Positions 48,324 through 57,655 of a DNA stretch of 64,000 nt are shown in pieces. This DNA is from a candidate division TM6 bacterium GW2011_GWF2_28_16 (lineage in GTDB: Bacteria; Patescibacteriota; Microgenomatia; UBA1400; PJMF01). Both the position numbers and the translations under genes were made by a program. The stretch spans positions 3,407-67,406 of the forward strand of contig CP011212.1 of assembly GCA_001029715.1 (NCBI GenBank), given 5' to 3'. Positions within the stretch are counted from its first letter, which is position 1. Each line of letters starts with the position of its first letter. The notes below the pieces were generated by a model, which was given only the letters and a program-made list of their open reading frames with translations, did no database searches and was not told the origin of the DNA.

Positions 48324-51300
48324 ATGGCAGCAATAGATAGTAAACAAAGTTCAGAAAAAAGAATTCCATTAAAGGAATTGTCTGGCGTTAGTAAATTCAG
48401 CCGTGAAGATGTGGCTCGAATTCTAAGTTTAATTAAGCTGTGGATTTATGATTTTCACAATAAATCTTACAAAGAAAGCAAGGTTTCTGGAGGATTTCGT
48501 GTAAATAGATTTAGCGGAGAAGAATTTGACCTCAGCACTTACTTAGATATTATCTCTGATAAATTTGAGAATCCTTTTGAAGAACCTCACCTTTTTATTT
48601 CTGATTTGATTAATTTTGTTGATCAACTTTATCATCCAATTCCAGATGTTTTTATTGCAAATGAAAATTCTCGAAATATTGTTGCGGAATTGGGAAAACT
48701 TGGGAGTGTGTTTGAATTAATTGGGGTTTATCCAGACAAAGATAAGGTTAGTATAGAAGATCTTCAGAGAATGGAAGATTTTTCAATTAGGCAACTAATT
48801 GTCAAGCACATTGAAAAAATAGAAGTAATTCTTGATTTAAAACCAACCAAGGAAGAAGAAGAGCCGGAAGATGAAAAAGATACCGTTAAAGATGGAGCTG
48901 CAGGCATACCTAAAACAGTTACTGGCAAAACCTCCAAAGATGAATCTCCAGATAGCTCTGATAGCGATGGGGATGATGAAATAGATAAGAAGCTTGAAAA
49001 AAATAAACCTCCCCTCAAAATCTCCGAGCTTGATCCTCAGTCTAAACTTTATCTTCAATCGCTATCCATTATTACTATTAATCAGGCCCTTAGTAAATAT
49101 TTTAATGAAGCTTCTTTAGCTAAGTATGGTTTTCCTCCAGGAACTCGAATAACTTTTGATCAGCTGCCACTAGAAATACGCAAGCAATTAATGGATCGTG
49201 CTTTCTTGCAAGTGGAAAATCTGCTTCTCAGTGAAAAATTCACTCTTGAGGATCTAATCAAAAATCCAGCCCAAAGAATTAGTTTTAGTAACCAAGCTTC
49301 ACTTAGCTTGCTGATGGATCCTCGAGGTCTCAACTTATTAAACGGCGCTATTCGCGAGATCACTACCGCGACAGATAAAGTTGAAAAAATTAAACAAAAC
49401 CAAGAAGAAAAAGCAGAACTTGATAGCAAAAAAGCTGAGGAGATTATAGAAGAAGCTTCTGAGCAGGCTGGAATTGATCCAAATTTCGCTAGAAATATTG
49501 AATCTGAACTCGATATTATTAAAAATGAATCACGACTGGATGAAGTTTTTTTTGAAAAGCTTAGTGGAATTGCCAGCGAAGTAGATCAATTTAAAATCAG
49601 ACAAGCAATTGTCTCAGGCAAAGCCTACATCGAGGTTTTGATTCAACAGGGTGTCCCACCAGAATATATCATTCCTGATCCTAGAAACTTTGATTACAAC
49701 AGATTTGTAAATATTTTTGGCAATAACTTAGACGCAGCTCAGTTTAATGCTCACAAAGAAGAAATTGCTAATTTAATAATCTTTTATTGGAAACGCAAGA
49801 GAGCCATTTGGACGCGTGAATTCAGTCAAGAATTTGGGCTGGAAAAATATACTCCAGAAGAAGCTCAAAGACTCTTTGATGAAATTTCCAAAGATCCAGA
49901 AAAACGAAAAAGACTAGAAATATTAGCCAGGTTTAATTTAAATTATGGCGGAAGTGAAATTGCTAGCCAACTAGTTGAAAGAGACGGCTCTAAATTAAGC
50001 GAGGAAATGAAGGCTTTTCGCGAACAACAAGAAAAGCTCATTAAAGAATATTTAAAAGAAGAAATTAATAAACTTTCTGCAGCAGAACAGCAAGAAACTT
50101 TTGCTGTTTGGCTTCAGTTTTATCAACCAGGATCGCCACAAATAGAATACAGCGTTGAGAATTTCTATCAACTAATCGATTCTCAGTCAAATTCAATGGA
50201 TTTTTCAGAATTGGCTGCTGCAGAGGCTTTTGGCGCTGGTTCTTTTAACCAAAATGGTAGCGGATGGATGCAAAATGCTTTTGCCCCTGGAGGTGATTAT
50301 CAGGGTACAGGCCTCATGGATAGTGCCGCTGGACAAGCTGGCAAAAAATTAGCAACTAAAGCAATTGGCGAGGGTCTCTATGTAGCCTTGGATGCGGCTG
50401 GTGGCTGGGGTGAAGTTCTTAGAGCAGCCGAAACAGCAGCTCCATGGATTAAAAAACTAAAAGAAAAAATAATCGAGCAAGGTTTAGAAAAATTTTTGGA
50501 GTCTATTAAAAAGTACTGGCCTATACTTTTAGCTTTTACTCTCCTGGCTGCCCTTGGTGGATTTCTTGCTGGAGTGCTGGCAGCGCTAGCAACTTATTAC
50601 TTTTTAAAAAACGGTTTAGCAGGTATTAAAAATCTTTTTACCGGAACTCAAAAGGTTGTTGGTCAAATAGGAAATGGGGTCAGTGGAATCGCTGGTGAAA
50701 AAGCTAGTATTAGTAATCAAGCGATCGTAAAACAGAACAGCATTGGACAACTATCTGCTCCCGGAAACACTCTCGCTACTCAACTTTCCCCAGCTATGAT
50801 TACTGCTGGACAAGCGGTCATTGCTACTTTTACCGGCACCGCACTTTTAGTTTTTATGTATCAAACTAGTCTAAATTCTGCTTTTCTAACTGATTTTCCA
50901 AAAAATGAAACTGATTTTGCTAACTCTGTTGAAAAAACTTCTAAATATGCTGAAATTAGCAAAACTGCCAAAATTAAGAGTGGCTGTCCAAATCCAGAAA
51001 GTAACGACACAAAATGTGAAAACCCTTCTTTTCCAGTTACTATTGAGTACACTATTACCATTAAGCCAAAAGAGGACTTTACCATTCAAATCACTGATCT
51101 CCAAGATAAAATTAAGTTTAAACAAAGTAAAAAAGGTTGGGAAGAAGCTGGTGCCTCAGCTCCATCAATTGAAAATGAAAAGAATCTGGAATTTGATTAT
51201 TTTAAAGAAATTATTAAAGAGCAAGGTGGTCTAACTAGTGAAAACATTAACATTACCCCTACTCCCACTCCGGGAAGCGAAACAACTAATGATACAAATC

Positions 51301-52022
51301 CTGCGGAAACTCAAGACAATATCATTATTCCTCCAGGCAGCGAACTAACTTTTACTTATTCTCTAGAAGATCTCGGCACTGGCTATAATCACACCGCCAT
51401 AATTAATACTATTGAGGCTAATTTTTATTATCAAAATGGATTTATGTCTGGAATGGATAACATGATTACGGCTTCGAGAGTCTGCCTTGGAGATTGTAGT
51501 GCTGGAGCAGGCTGCTGGCCAACCAATGGTATCTTAACCCAGCTACCATTTGGAGTTGGAACTCCAGACGCTGATGCTTCTCATAGACCACCTCTTTCTG
51601 GTGGATATTCAGATGCTTACGACATTGGCGGTAGTGGTGGTCATCCCAACGTTTACGTACCTTTCCCAGGAGATCTTTGTTTTAAAGGATGTAGCGATAC
51701 TGGCTACGGCTGCTACTTTACCTTAACTTTTGATGGTTCTGGCAGTAGCCAAAAACTGCTGTTTGCTCATTTCGAACAACCGAACTCTCAGCTCCCACAA
51801 GCAGAAACATGTATGGTTGTAGACGAAGGATTTTTACTCGGCCCAATGGGAACTCGTGGCAATTCAACTGGAGTCCATTTACACTATGAGATAGACTTTG
51901 AAGGGCAATTTTATCACCCAAGCTCAAGAAATTTCTCGATTCTTGAAACTCTTGTGCCAGAAACAGATAAAGGAAATTATCCACCTGTTTTAAACGATGG
52001 AGTAAGCACTTGCTATGAATAA
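48324..52022 (+). CDS. Large membrane protein: long helical N-region, TM segments and a C-terminal M23 peptidase
   Basis: CWPTNG..SH...AYDIG, FAHF, MGTRGNSTGVHLHYE. Confidence 0.8.
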   Translation: MAAIDSKQSSEKRIPLKELSGVSKFSREDVARILSLIKLWIYDFHNKSYKESKVSGGFRVNRFSGEEFDLSTYLDIISDKFENPFEEPHLFISDLINFVDQLYHPIPDVFIANENSRNIVAELGKLGSVFELIGVYPDKDKVSIEDLQRMEDFSIRQLIVKHIEKIEVILDLKPTKEEEEPEDEKDTVKDGAAGIPKTVTGKTSKDESPDSSDSDGDDEIDKKLEKNKPPLKISELDPQSKLYLQSLSIITINQALSKYFNEASLAKYGFPPGTRITFDQLPLEIRKQLMDRAFLQVENLLLSEKFTLEDLIKNPAQRISFSNQASLSLLMDPRGLNLLNGAIREITTATDKVEKIKQNQEEKAELDSKKAEEIIEEASEQAGIDPNFARNIESELDIIKNESRLDEVFFEKLSGIASEVDQFKIRQAIVSGKAYIEVLIQQGVPPEYIIPDPRNFDYNRFVNIFGNNLDAAQFNAHKEEIANLIIFYWKRKRAIWTREFSQEFGLEKYTPEEAQRLFDEISKDPEKRKRLEILARFNLNYGGSEIASQLVERDGSKLSEEMKAFREQQEKLIKEYLKEEINKLSAAEQQETFAVWLQFYQPGSPQIEYSVENFYQLIDSQSNSMDFSELAAAEAFGAGSFNQNGSGWMQNAFAPGGDYQGTGLMDSAAGQAGKKLATKAIGEGLYVALDAAGGWGEVLRAAETAAPWIKKLKEKIIEQGLEKFLESIKKYWPILLAFTLLAALGGFLAGVLAALATYYFLKNGLAGIKNLFTGTQKVVGQIGNGVSGIAGEKASISNQAIVKQNSIGQLSAPGNTLATQLSPAMITAGQAVIATFTGTALLVFMYQTSLNSAFLTDFPKNETDFANSVEKTSKYAEISKTAKIKSGCPNPESNDTKCENPSFPVTIEYTITIKPKEDFTIQITDLQDKIKFKQSKKGWEEAGASAPSIENEKNLEFDYFKEIIKEQGGLTSENINITPTPTPGSETTNDTNPAETQDNIIIPPGSELTFTYSLEDLGTGYNHTAIINTIEANFYYQNGFMSGMDNMITASRVCLGDCSAGAGCWPTNGILTQLPFGVGTPDADASHRPPLSGGYSDAYDIGGSGGHPNVYVPFPGDLCFKGCSDTGYGCYFTLTFDGSGSSQKLLFAHFEQPNSQLPQAETCMVVDEGFLLGPMGTRGNSTGVHLHYEIDFEGQFYHPSSRNFSILETLVPETDKGNYPPVLNDGVSTCYE

Positions 52023-52998
52023 AGAACAAAAAAAAGAAATTAAAATAATTCCTATACTAATAATCTTTGTGATTGTTTCTTTGCTTATTTCGGCAATTCT
52101 AATAGCCATTACTCCTCAAAAAGAAAAGGTTTCACAAACTGATTTTGTTACCAGTAATTACAATGACACTCAAAGTACTTTTAAAAAAGTCAGCTTCACT
52201 GGAAGAGAAATTATCGTTCCAGAAAAATTTAAGCTTTATCAGCCAACTTCAAGCGTCAGCTTAATTAATGAACTTGCAGACAAAATCATTAAAGACTACC
52301 AATTGGAACAAGGAGAAAAACTAAATAATTATTGGACCAGGGAAAATTACACTTTAATCAAGAATTCTTATGAAAACAGGTGGTCTTTTGATTTAAATCC
52401 AGCAAAAATTGATAATAAAGTTACCATTATTACTGATGAAGCCATAACGACATGCTTTGATTTTTACTCCAAATACAACATTAATTTGTCTTTAGTCGCC
52501 CAAGAAGATGAAATTAGTTATCTTGATGGCAAATTACAGCAAGAAAAATCTGAGCCAGAAGAAGCCTTATATTTACAGATTCCCCTCACTTATGAACTAG
52601 ACGGCTACCCTGTTTTTTATCAAAGTGAAAGCAACTATCCATTTTTTTGCAAAATAAACAATAACTACGAAATTGAAAGAATAGTTTTTAAAGATGTTTT
52701 TTATATGTTTGAAGTGGTAAAAGAAATGCCTTCGATTAGCATTGACCAAGCAATTAAAAATATTAAAAATGAAAAAGTATCTATAATTGACGCTCAAAGT
52801 CAAATTGTCGATGCGATCGACTTAAACTGGATTAATGAAGCAGATTTACAAAGCGTTTCCATTGACTATCGTTTTGATGAAAATCTGAAGTTAGCTTATC
52901 CTTTTTATAAATTCAAGGCAAAACTAACTAATTCTGCAGGTATTAATATCCAGGCAGAAATTATTACACCAGCTGTAGCCAGTGCCGTTCAGGAATAA
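52015..52998 (+). CDS. Membrane-anchored hypothetical protein
   Basis: N-terminal TM; overlaps the upstream stop; C-terminal YPFYKF..PAV pattern. Confidence 0.75.
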   Translation: MNKEQKKEIKIIPILIIFVIVSLLISAILIAITPQKEKVSQTDFVTSNYNDTQSTFKKVSFTGREIIVPEKFKLYQPTSSVSLINELADKIIKDYQLEQGEKLNNYWTRENYTLIKNSYENRWSFDLNPAKIDNKVTIITDEAITTCFDFYSKYNINLSLVAQEDEISYLDGKLQQEKSEPEEALYLQIPLTYELDGYPVFYQSESNYPFFCKINNNYEIERIVFKDVFYMFEVVKEMPSISIDQAIKNIKNEKVSIIDAQSQIVDAIDLNWINEADLQSVSIDYRFDENLKLAYPFYKFKAKLTNSAGINIQAEIITPAVASAVQE

Positions 52999-53048
52999 GT
53001 TCTAAACTAAACAAGTCATCAGTCTTTCTGCTAAAATGAATTAAACAA

Positions 53049-53903
53049 ATGAAACAGCACCCAATCCCACAGGATATCACCAACTATAAGTTTCATCTTA
53101 TTGGCAGCATGACGCTTAAGCAATTTGCAGAAGTGGCTGTAGCTGCAGTCTTGGCTTTTATTATTTTTAAAACAAATTTAATCGCTATTGTTAAATGGCC
53201 ACTAATTTTCTTTACGGTTGGTTTGGGAGCAGCTTTAGCTTTTGTACCAATTGAAGAAAGGCCTCTAGATCACTGGATCCAAACTTTTTTCAAAAACATC
53301 TATAAGCCTACAAAGTTTTTTTGGAAAAAAGCTAGTAAAATTCCAGATTTTTTCAATTATAAAATTAGTAGTGTTCAAAGTGATTTTTTCGCACCCAACG
53401 TTAATTTAAACCCAGCTCGTAAACAACGTATTAATGAATACATTAAAAGTATTCCTGAAGCGGAAAAGGTTGATGAATTTGACGCCGGAGAAAATCAAAA
53501 GATCAGTGCCTTACTCAATCAGTTTAATGATGTAAAAGTTGATCAAGATCAGATTAAAATTGAAGTCAAAAAACAAGAAAAACCAAACCTGCAAACAAGA
53601 GTTAGAGATCTGAAAGCTCCTCAAGAGGAACTTGATAATAAAAAATATTCAACCAACCAAATTTTTGGCTCAGTAATTGGTCAGAATGGACAAAAAGAGT
53701 CAGAAGTAATTATTGAAATAAAAGATCAAAGTGGCGAAAGTCTTAGAGTCATCAAAAGTGATGAGGATGGCAATTTTGTTGCTAACAATCCACTAAAAAA
53801 TGGATCTTATCAAGTAATAGCTGAAAAAAACGATCAAAAATTTCCAATTTTGCAAGTAGAACTCACTGGACAAATTCTCGATCCCCTTGTAATCAAAGCA
53901 TAA
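53049..53903 (+). CDS. PrgI family (VirB3-like) protein with a C-terminal carboxypeptidase-regulatory-like beta domain
   Basis: MKQHPIPQDI..F.LIG.MTLKQF, two TM helices, ERPLDHW; IFGSV..SDEDGNF..GSY. Confidence 0.85.
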   Translation: MKQHPIPQDITNYKFHLIGSMTLKQFAEVAVAAVLAFIIFKTNLIAIVKWPLIFFTVGLGAALAFVPIEERPLDHWIQTFFKNIYKPTKFFWKKASKIPDFFNYKISSVQSDFFAPNVNLNPARKQRINEYIKSIPEAEKVDEFDAGENQKISALLNQFNDVKVDQDQIKIEVKKQEKPNLQTRVRDLKAPQEELDNKKYSTNQIFGSVIGQNGQKESEVIIEIKDQSGESLRVIKSDEDGNFVANNPLKNGSYQVIAEKNDQKFPILQVELTGQILDPLVIKA

Positions 53904-53927
53904 AATTTAGTAAACTATTGCTAGCTC

Positions 53928-55337
53928 ATGAGCGACAAAGTAATTAGTTCCACCACTCAAGAATTTCTTGATGTCTATGACATTGTCAACGACATGGTTC
54001 TTTTAAAAGATGGCACTGCATCGATGATCCTTCAAGTGGGAACCATGAATTTCAGTCTTTTAGCTGAGCAAGAACAAGACGCCATTATTTTTACCTATGG
54101 TTCTCTGCTCAACTCGCTTAATTATCCAATCCAGATCAGCATTCAATCTCAAACTAAAGATGTAACTAAATATTTACGCTTACTTGACGAAAGAATTTCA
54201 AAAGCTAGCACGGATCGCAAGGCAACTCTCATTAAAAAATATCGAGATTTTGTGGCAGCTTTAATCAAAGAAAGAAATGTTTTACAAAAAAACTTCTTTG
54301 TAACTATTCCTGCTAGCCCTGCGGAGATGGGCTTGTTTACAGCAACTAGTGTTTTACCAGGCAAAACTGCTTTTGATATCAACACTGTTGAAAAAAGCGT
54401 CATTTTAGAAAAAGCTGTAAATCTACTTGGGCCAAGACGAGATCATTTAACTTCTCAATTTGGTCGCCTGGGGCTTTACGTCAGACAATTAAACACTCAA
54501 GAAATTATTCAAAACTTCTATATTAATTACAACCCTGAGGCTGCTGAGGGTCAAGAAATTAGCAGTAATGAAAATTACACCACTCCTCTAGTTAGAGCGA
54601 GTTTTGGAAGGAAAATTATGCAAGTAAATGATCCAAGCACCCAAGCACAACCACTACCAATTAATCCCGCAGATAATAGTAGGCCTCCTGCACCAGTTAC
54701 TCCAACGGAAGTAATTTTGGAAAATCCAGCTGTGGAGAATGTTGCTCCCGTAGCACCTCCAGTGCCAGAAGCTTCAGTTGTTCAAGAAACTGAGCTAAAG
54801 ATACAGGCACCAACTCCAATTCAAGAAACCACTCCAGTAGTTGCTCCCCATGAAGAACCAATTTTTAGTCCAGAAGAAATTTTAAGTGGCAAAACACCTG
54901 CAGAAGAACAAGTTCTTCAAGAAAACAAGGTTCAAGAAGTACAGGCTCCGCCAATTGTCCCTCCAACTCCAGATCCAATTTTAGAACAAGCTTCATCGCC
55001 AGTTTCTACTCCAGTTCCAGAACAAACTCCGATTTCAGATCTAACTCAGACTCCAGAGTTAGATCTCAATCTCGATCCTAGTCTAATAAATGCTGATCCA
55101 ATTTCTGAAACCGTTACTCAAGAACCAACATTAGAACCCATCCCAGTAATAACTCAAGAAACAGCGGTGGCTCAGGAAACAAATGACTTTGCTGAAGAAA
55201 TTAAGCCTCTGCAAAATAAGTTTGAGACCGCTGAATCAGTAATTGAATCACCTATAGCCGTCGAGGAAGCTCAAATTCAAAATCAAACTCAAGTAGCAGA
55301 ATCTACTCCGACAGAGCCAGAAGAAGCACAAATATAA
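53928..55337 (+). CDS. TraC-like T4SS accessory protein with a Pro/Glu/Thr-rich disordered tail
   Basis: STTQEFL..I.NDMV.LKDG, NFSLLAEQEQ..LLNSLNYPIQI; about 240-aa low-complexity C-terminus. Confidence 0.7.
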   Translation: MSDKVISSTTQEFLDVYDIVNDMVLLKDGTASMILQVGTMNFSLLAEQEQDAIIFTYGSLLNSLNYPIQISIQSQTKDVTKYLRLLDERISKASTDRKATLIKKYRDFVAALIKERNVLQKNFFVTIPASPAEMGLFTATSVLPGKTAFDINTVEKSVILEKAVNLLGPRRDHLTSQFGRLGLYVRQLNTQEIIQNFYINYNPEAAEGQEISSNENYTTPLVRASFGRKIMQVNDPSTQAQPLPINPADNSRPPAPVTPTEVILENPAVENVAPVAPPVPEASVVQETELKIQAPTPIQETTPVVAPHEEPIFSPEEILSGKTPAEEQVLQENKVQEVQAPPIVPPTPDPILEQASSPVSTPVPEQTPISDLTQTPELDLNLDPSLINADPISETVTQEPTLEPIPVITQETAVAQETNDFAEEIKPLQNKFETAESVIESPIAVEEAQIQNQTQVAESTPTEPEEAQI

Positions 55338-55346
55338 AATATAAAT

Positions 55347-57545
55347 ATGTTTAATCCTTTTGCTAAGAAAAAGACCATCGAATCGGCAGACCAGGGAAAA
55401 ATGAATGTCGATCAATACACGCAGGATAAATTAAGCGAATTTTCTCGTGGTCTCGTCACAATCCAAGACATTATTGCTCCTGAAGCAATTGAGGTTGATT
55501 TTACTTATCAAAAGATTAATTCCACTTACACTCGCACTTTATTTATTGCTGGTTACCCTCGTGCCGTTCCAGCCAACTGGCTTTCCCCTTTGATTAATTA
55601 TCCAAATCAAGCCAATATCTCAATGTTTGTTTTTCCGTCAGATACTGGTGATATTCTGGACGATCTTAAGAGAAAAATTACCGAAATGGAAGCTGAAATC
55701 ACTTCCGACATTAGATCTGGAAAAATCAGTAACATTAATACAGAAATTAAACTAAGTGATGCTAGAAGCATGCGTGAACAACTAGCTGCTGGTTCAGAAA
55801 GATTTTTTCAATTCGGGCTTTATGTAACGATAAAAGCAGATAACAAAGAAGAACTCGATAGAATTACCAAAAGCATCCAGGGAACTCTAGGCGCATTAAT
55901 GATTGTTTCGAAGAAATCCTCTTTGCAAATGGACGAGGGATTTAAAACTACCCTACCAATGGGCGTCGATCGCTTGCAGGTGACTAGAAACATGGATACC
56001 ACTTCCTTGGCGACTACCTTTCCATTCACTTCTTCAGAATTAACCATGGAAACCGGAATCGTTTATGGCATCAACGAACACAACGATTCCCTGGTGATTT
56101 TCGATCGTTTCAAAATGGAAAATGCCAACATGGTTGTTTTTGCTAAATCTGGTGCAGGTAAATCTTACACAGTGAAGCTAGAGATTCTCCGTCAATTAAT
56201 GTTTGATGCTGAAGTCATTGTTCTCGATCCAGAGCATGAATACGAAGAACTATGTAAAATGGTTGGTGGTGAATATATTAATTTTACCTTTGGCTCAGAT
56301 GCTAAAATTAATCCTTTCGATTTATCCAATGTTTATGAAGAAGGAGAAAACGAGCTGGGACAAAAAATCCTGTCGATTCATGGTCTTTTAAAAGTCATGC
56401 TCGGCGAAATGACTCCGCAGCAGGAAGCCTTGCTCGACCGCTCAATTATTGCTGCCTATAAAGCCAAAGGCATTACCCCAGATCCAGCCACTCAAAAAAA
56501 TACTCCTCCACTTATGGAAGATTTATATAAAGCCCTGATTGGTATGGAACGAGATGAAAGCGATGACCTAGCAGCTCGTTTGGAAAAATTTATCACTGGC
56601 TCCTTCCGCGGAATTTTTAGCCAGGCTTCAAACGTAGACATTAAGTCGCAATTCACTGTTTTTTCAGTCAAAGAAATGGAAGAATCTCTGCGTCCAATCG
56701 CCATGTACGTTATTCTTGACTTCATTTGGACTAGAGTTAAAAAGGATTTAAAGAGACGCATTTTAGTTATTGATGAGGCCTGGTATTTTATGATGCATCC
56801 AGATAGCGCGGCTTTTGTTTATTCCATGGTTAAAAGAGCCCGTAAATACTACCTTGGCATTACTACCATCACTCAAGATGTAGAAGATTTTTTACGCAAT
56901 GATTATGGCAAAGCTATTGTTTCCAACGCATCCATTCAGTTCTTAATGAAGCAATCTACTTCTTCAATTCCTATTTTGACTCAAACCTTTTATCTATCTG
57001 AAGGAGAAAGACAGCTTCTAGTTTCTTCCGATGTTGGCGAGGGTATTTTCTTCGCTGGCCAAAATCATGTTGCGCTCCGAGTAATTGCTTCTGCTGATGA
57101 ACACCAAGTAATCACCACTAATCCTGAAGAAATTTTAGAAGAAAGAGCAAAAAAAGAAGCAAAAAAAACAGTTACTGGAAACAGTGAACCTAGATCTGAA
57201 AGCTATGAGAGCTATCAAAAGATTAGAGAGCTAAAAAAGCAACGCCTTTTAAATAGCAGTGATTTTAAAAATGCGAATAAAACAGTTGGAAATCAAGAAA
57301 ATCAACCCAAATGGCAAAATCCGGACATAAAAATTGGCGAGGATGTGCTTAAAAATGCTAATCAAAATGCCGAAGCCGCTTTAAAAAATGATCAATTAAA
57401 ATTTGATCCCGACAAAGAATTAAGCGAAAGAGATGGGAGAAACGTCCCAAAAATTAAAACTATTTTTGGAGAAACAGAAGAAAAAGCATTGAAACCAGAT
57501 CAACATGGCACCTATAGTATTAACGACTATCAGCCCCCTAAGTAA
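55347..57545 (+). CDS. VirB4-family T4SS ATPase
   Basis: FPFTS, YGIN..LVIFDRF, AKSGAGKS, LDPEHEY, INPFD, VIDEAW, RARKY, TQD. Confidence 0.93.
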   Translation: MFNPFAKKKTIESADQGKMNVDQYTQDKLSEFSRGLVTIQDIIAPEAIEVDFTYQKINSTYTRTLFIAGYPRAVPANWLSPLINYPNQANISMFVFPSDTGDILDDLKRKITEMEAEITSDIRSGKISNINTEIKLSDARSMREQLAAGSERFFQFGLYVTIKADNKEELDRITKSIQGTLGALMIVSKKSSLQMDEGFKTTLPMGVDRLQVTRNMDTTSLATTFPFTSSELTMETGIVYGINEHNDSLVIFDRFKMENANMVVFAKSGAGKSYTVKLEILRQLMFDAEVIVLDPEHEYEELCKMVGGEYINFTFGSDAKINPFDLSNVYEEGENELGQKILSIHGLLKVMLGEMTPQQEALLDRSIIAAYKAKGITPDPATQKNTPPLMEDLYKALIGMERDESDDLAARLEKFITGSFRGIFSQASNVDIKSQFTVFSVKEMEESLRPIAMYVILDFIWTRVKKDLKRRILVIDEAWYFMMHPDSAAFVYSMVKRARKYYLGITTITQDVEDFLRNDYGKAIVSNASIQFLMKQSTSSIPILTQTFYLSEGERQLLVSSDVGEGIFFAGQNHVALRVIASADEHQVITTNPEEILEERAKKEAKKTVTGNSEPRSESYESYQKIRELKKQRLLNSSDFKNANKTVGNQENQPKWQNPDIKIGEDVLKNANQNAEAALKNDQLKFDPDKELSERDGRNVPKIKTIFGETEEKALKPDQHGTYSINDYQPPK

Positions 57546-57572
57546 TAAAAGAAAAAATTGCCTCTTGCTAAC

Positions 57573-57593
57573 TGTGGAAAACAATGTGTATAA
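57573..57593. promoter_or_regulatory. Two DnaA boxes upstream of dnaA
   Basis: TGTGGAAAA (57573-81) and TGTGTATAA (57585-93) both match the reverse complement of TTWTNCACA. Confidence 0.8.
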
Positions 57594-57655
57594 GTAAGCA
57601 CTGAAATAGCTTATTTACTGCCCCAACGCGTTTTCAAACCAAAGAAAGACAAGAA

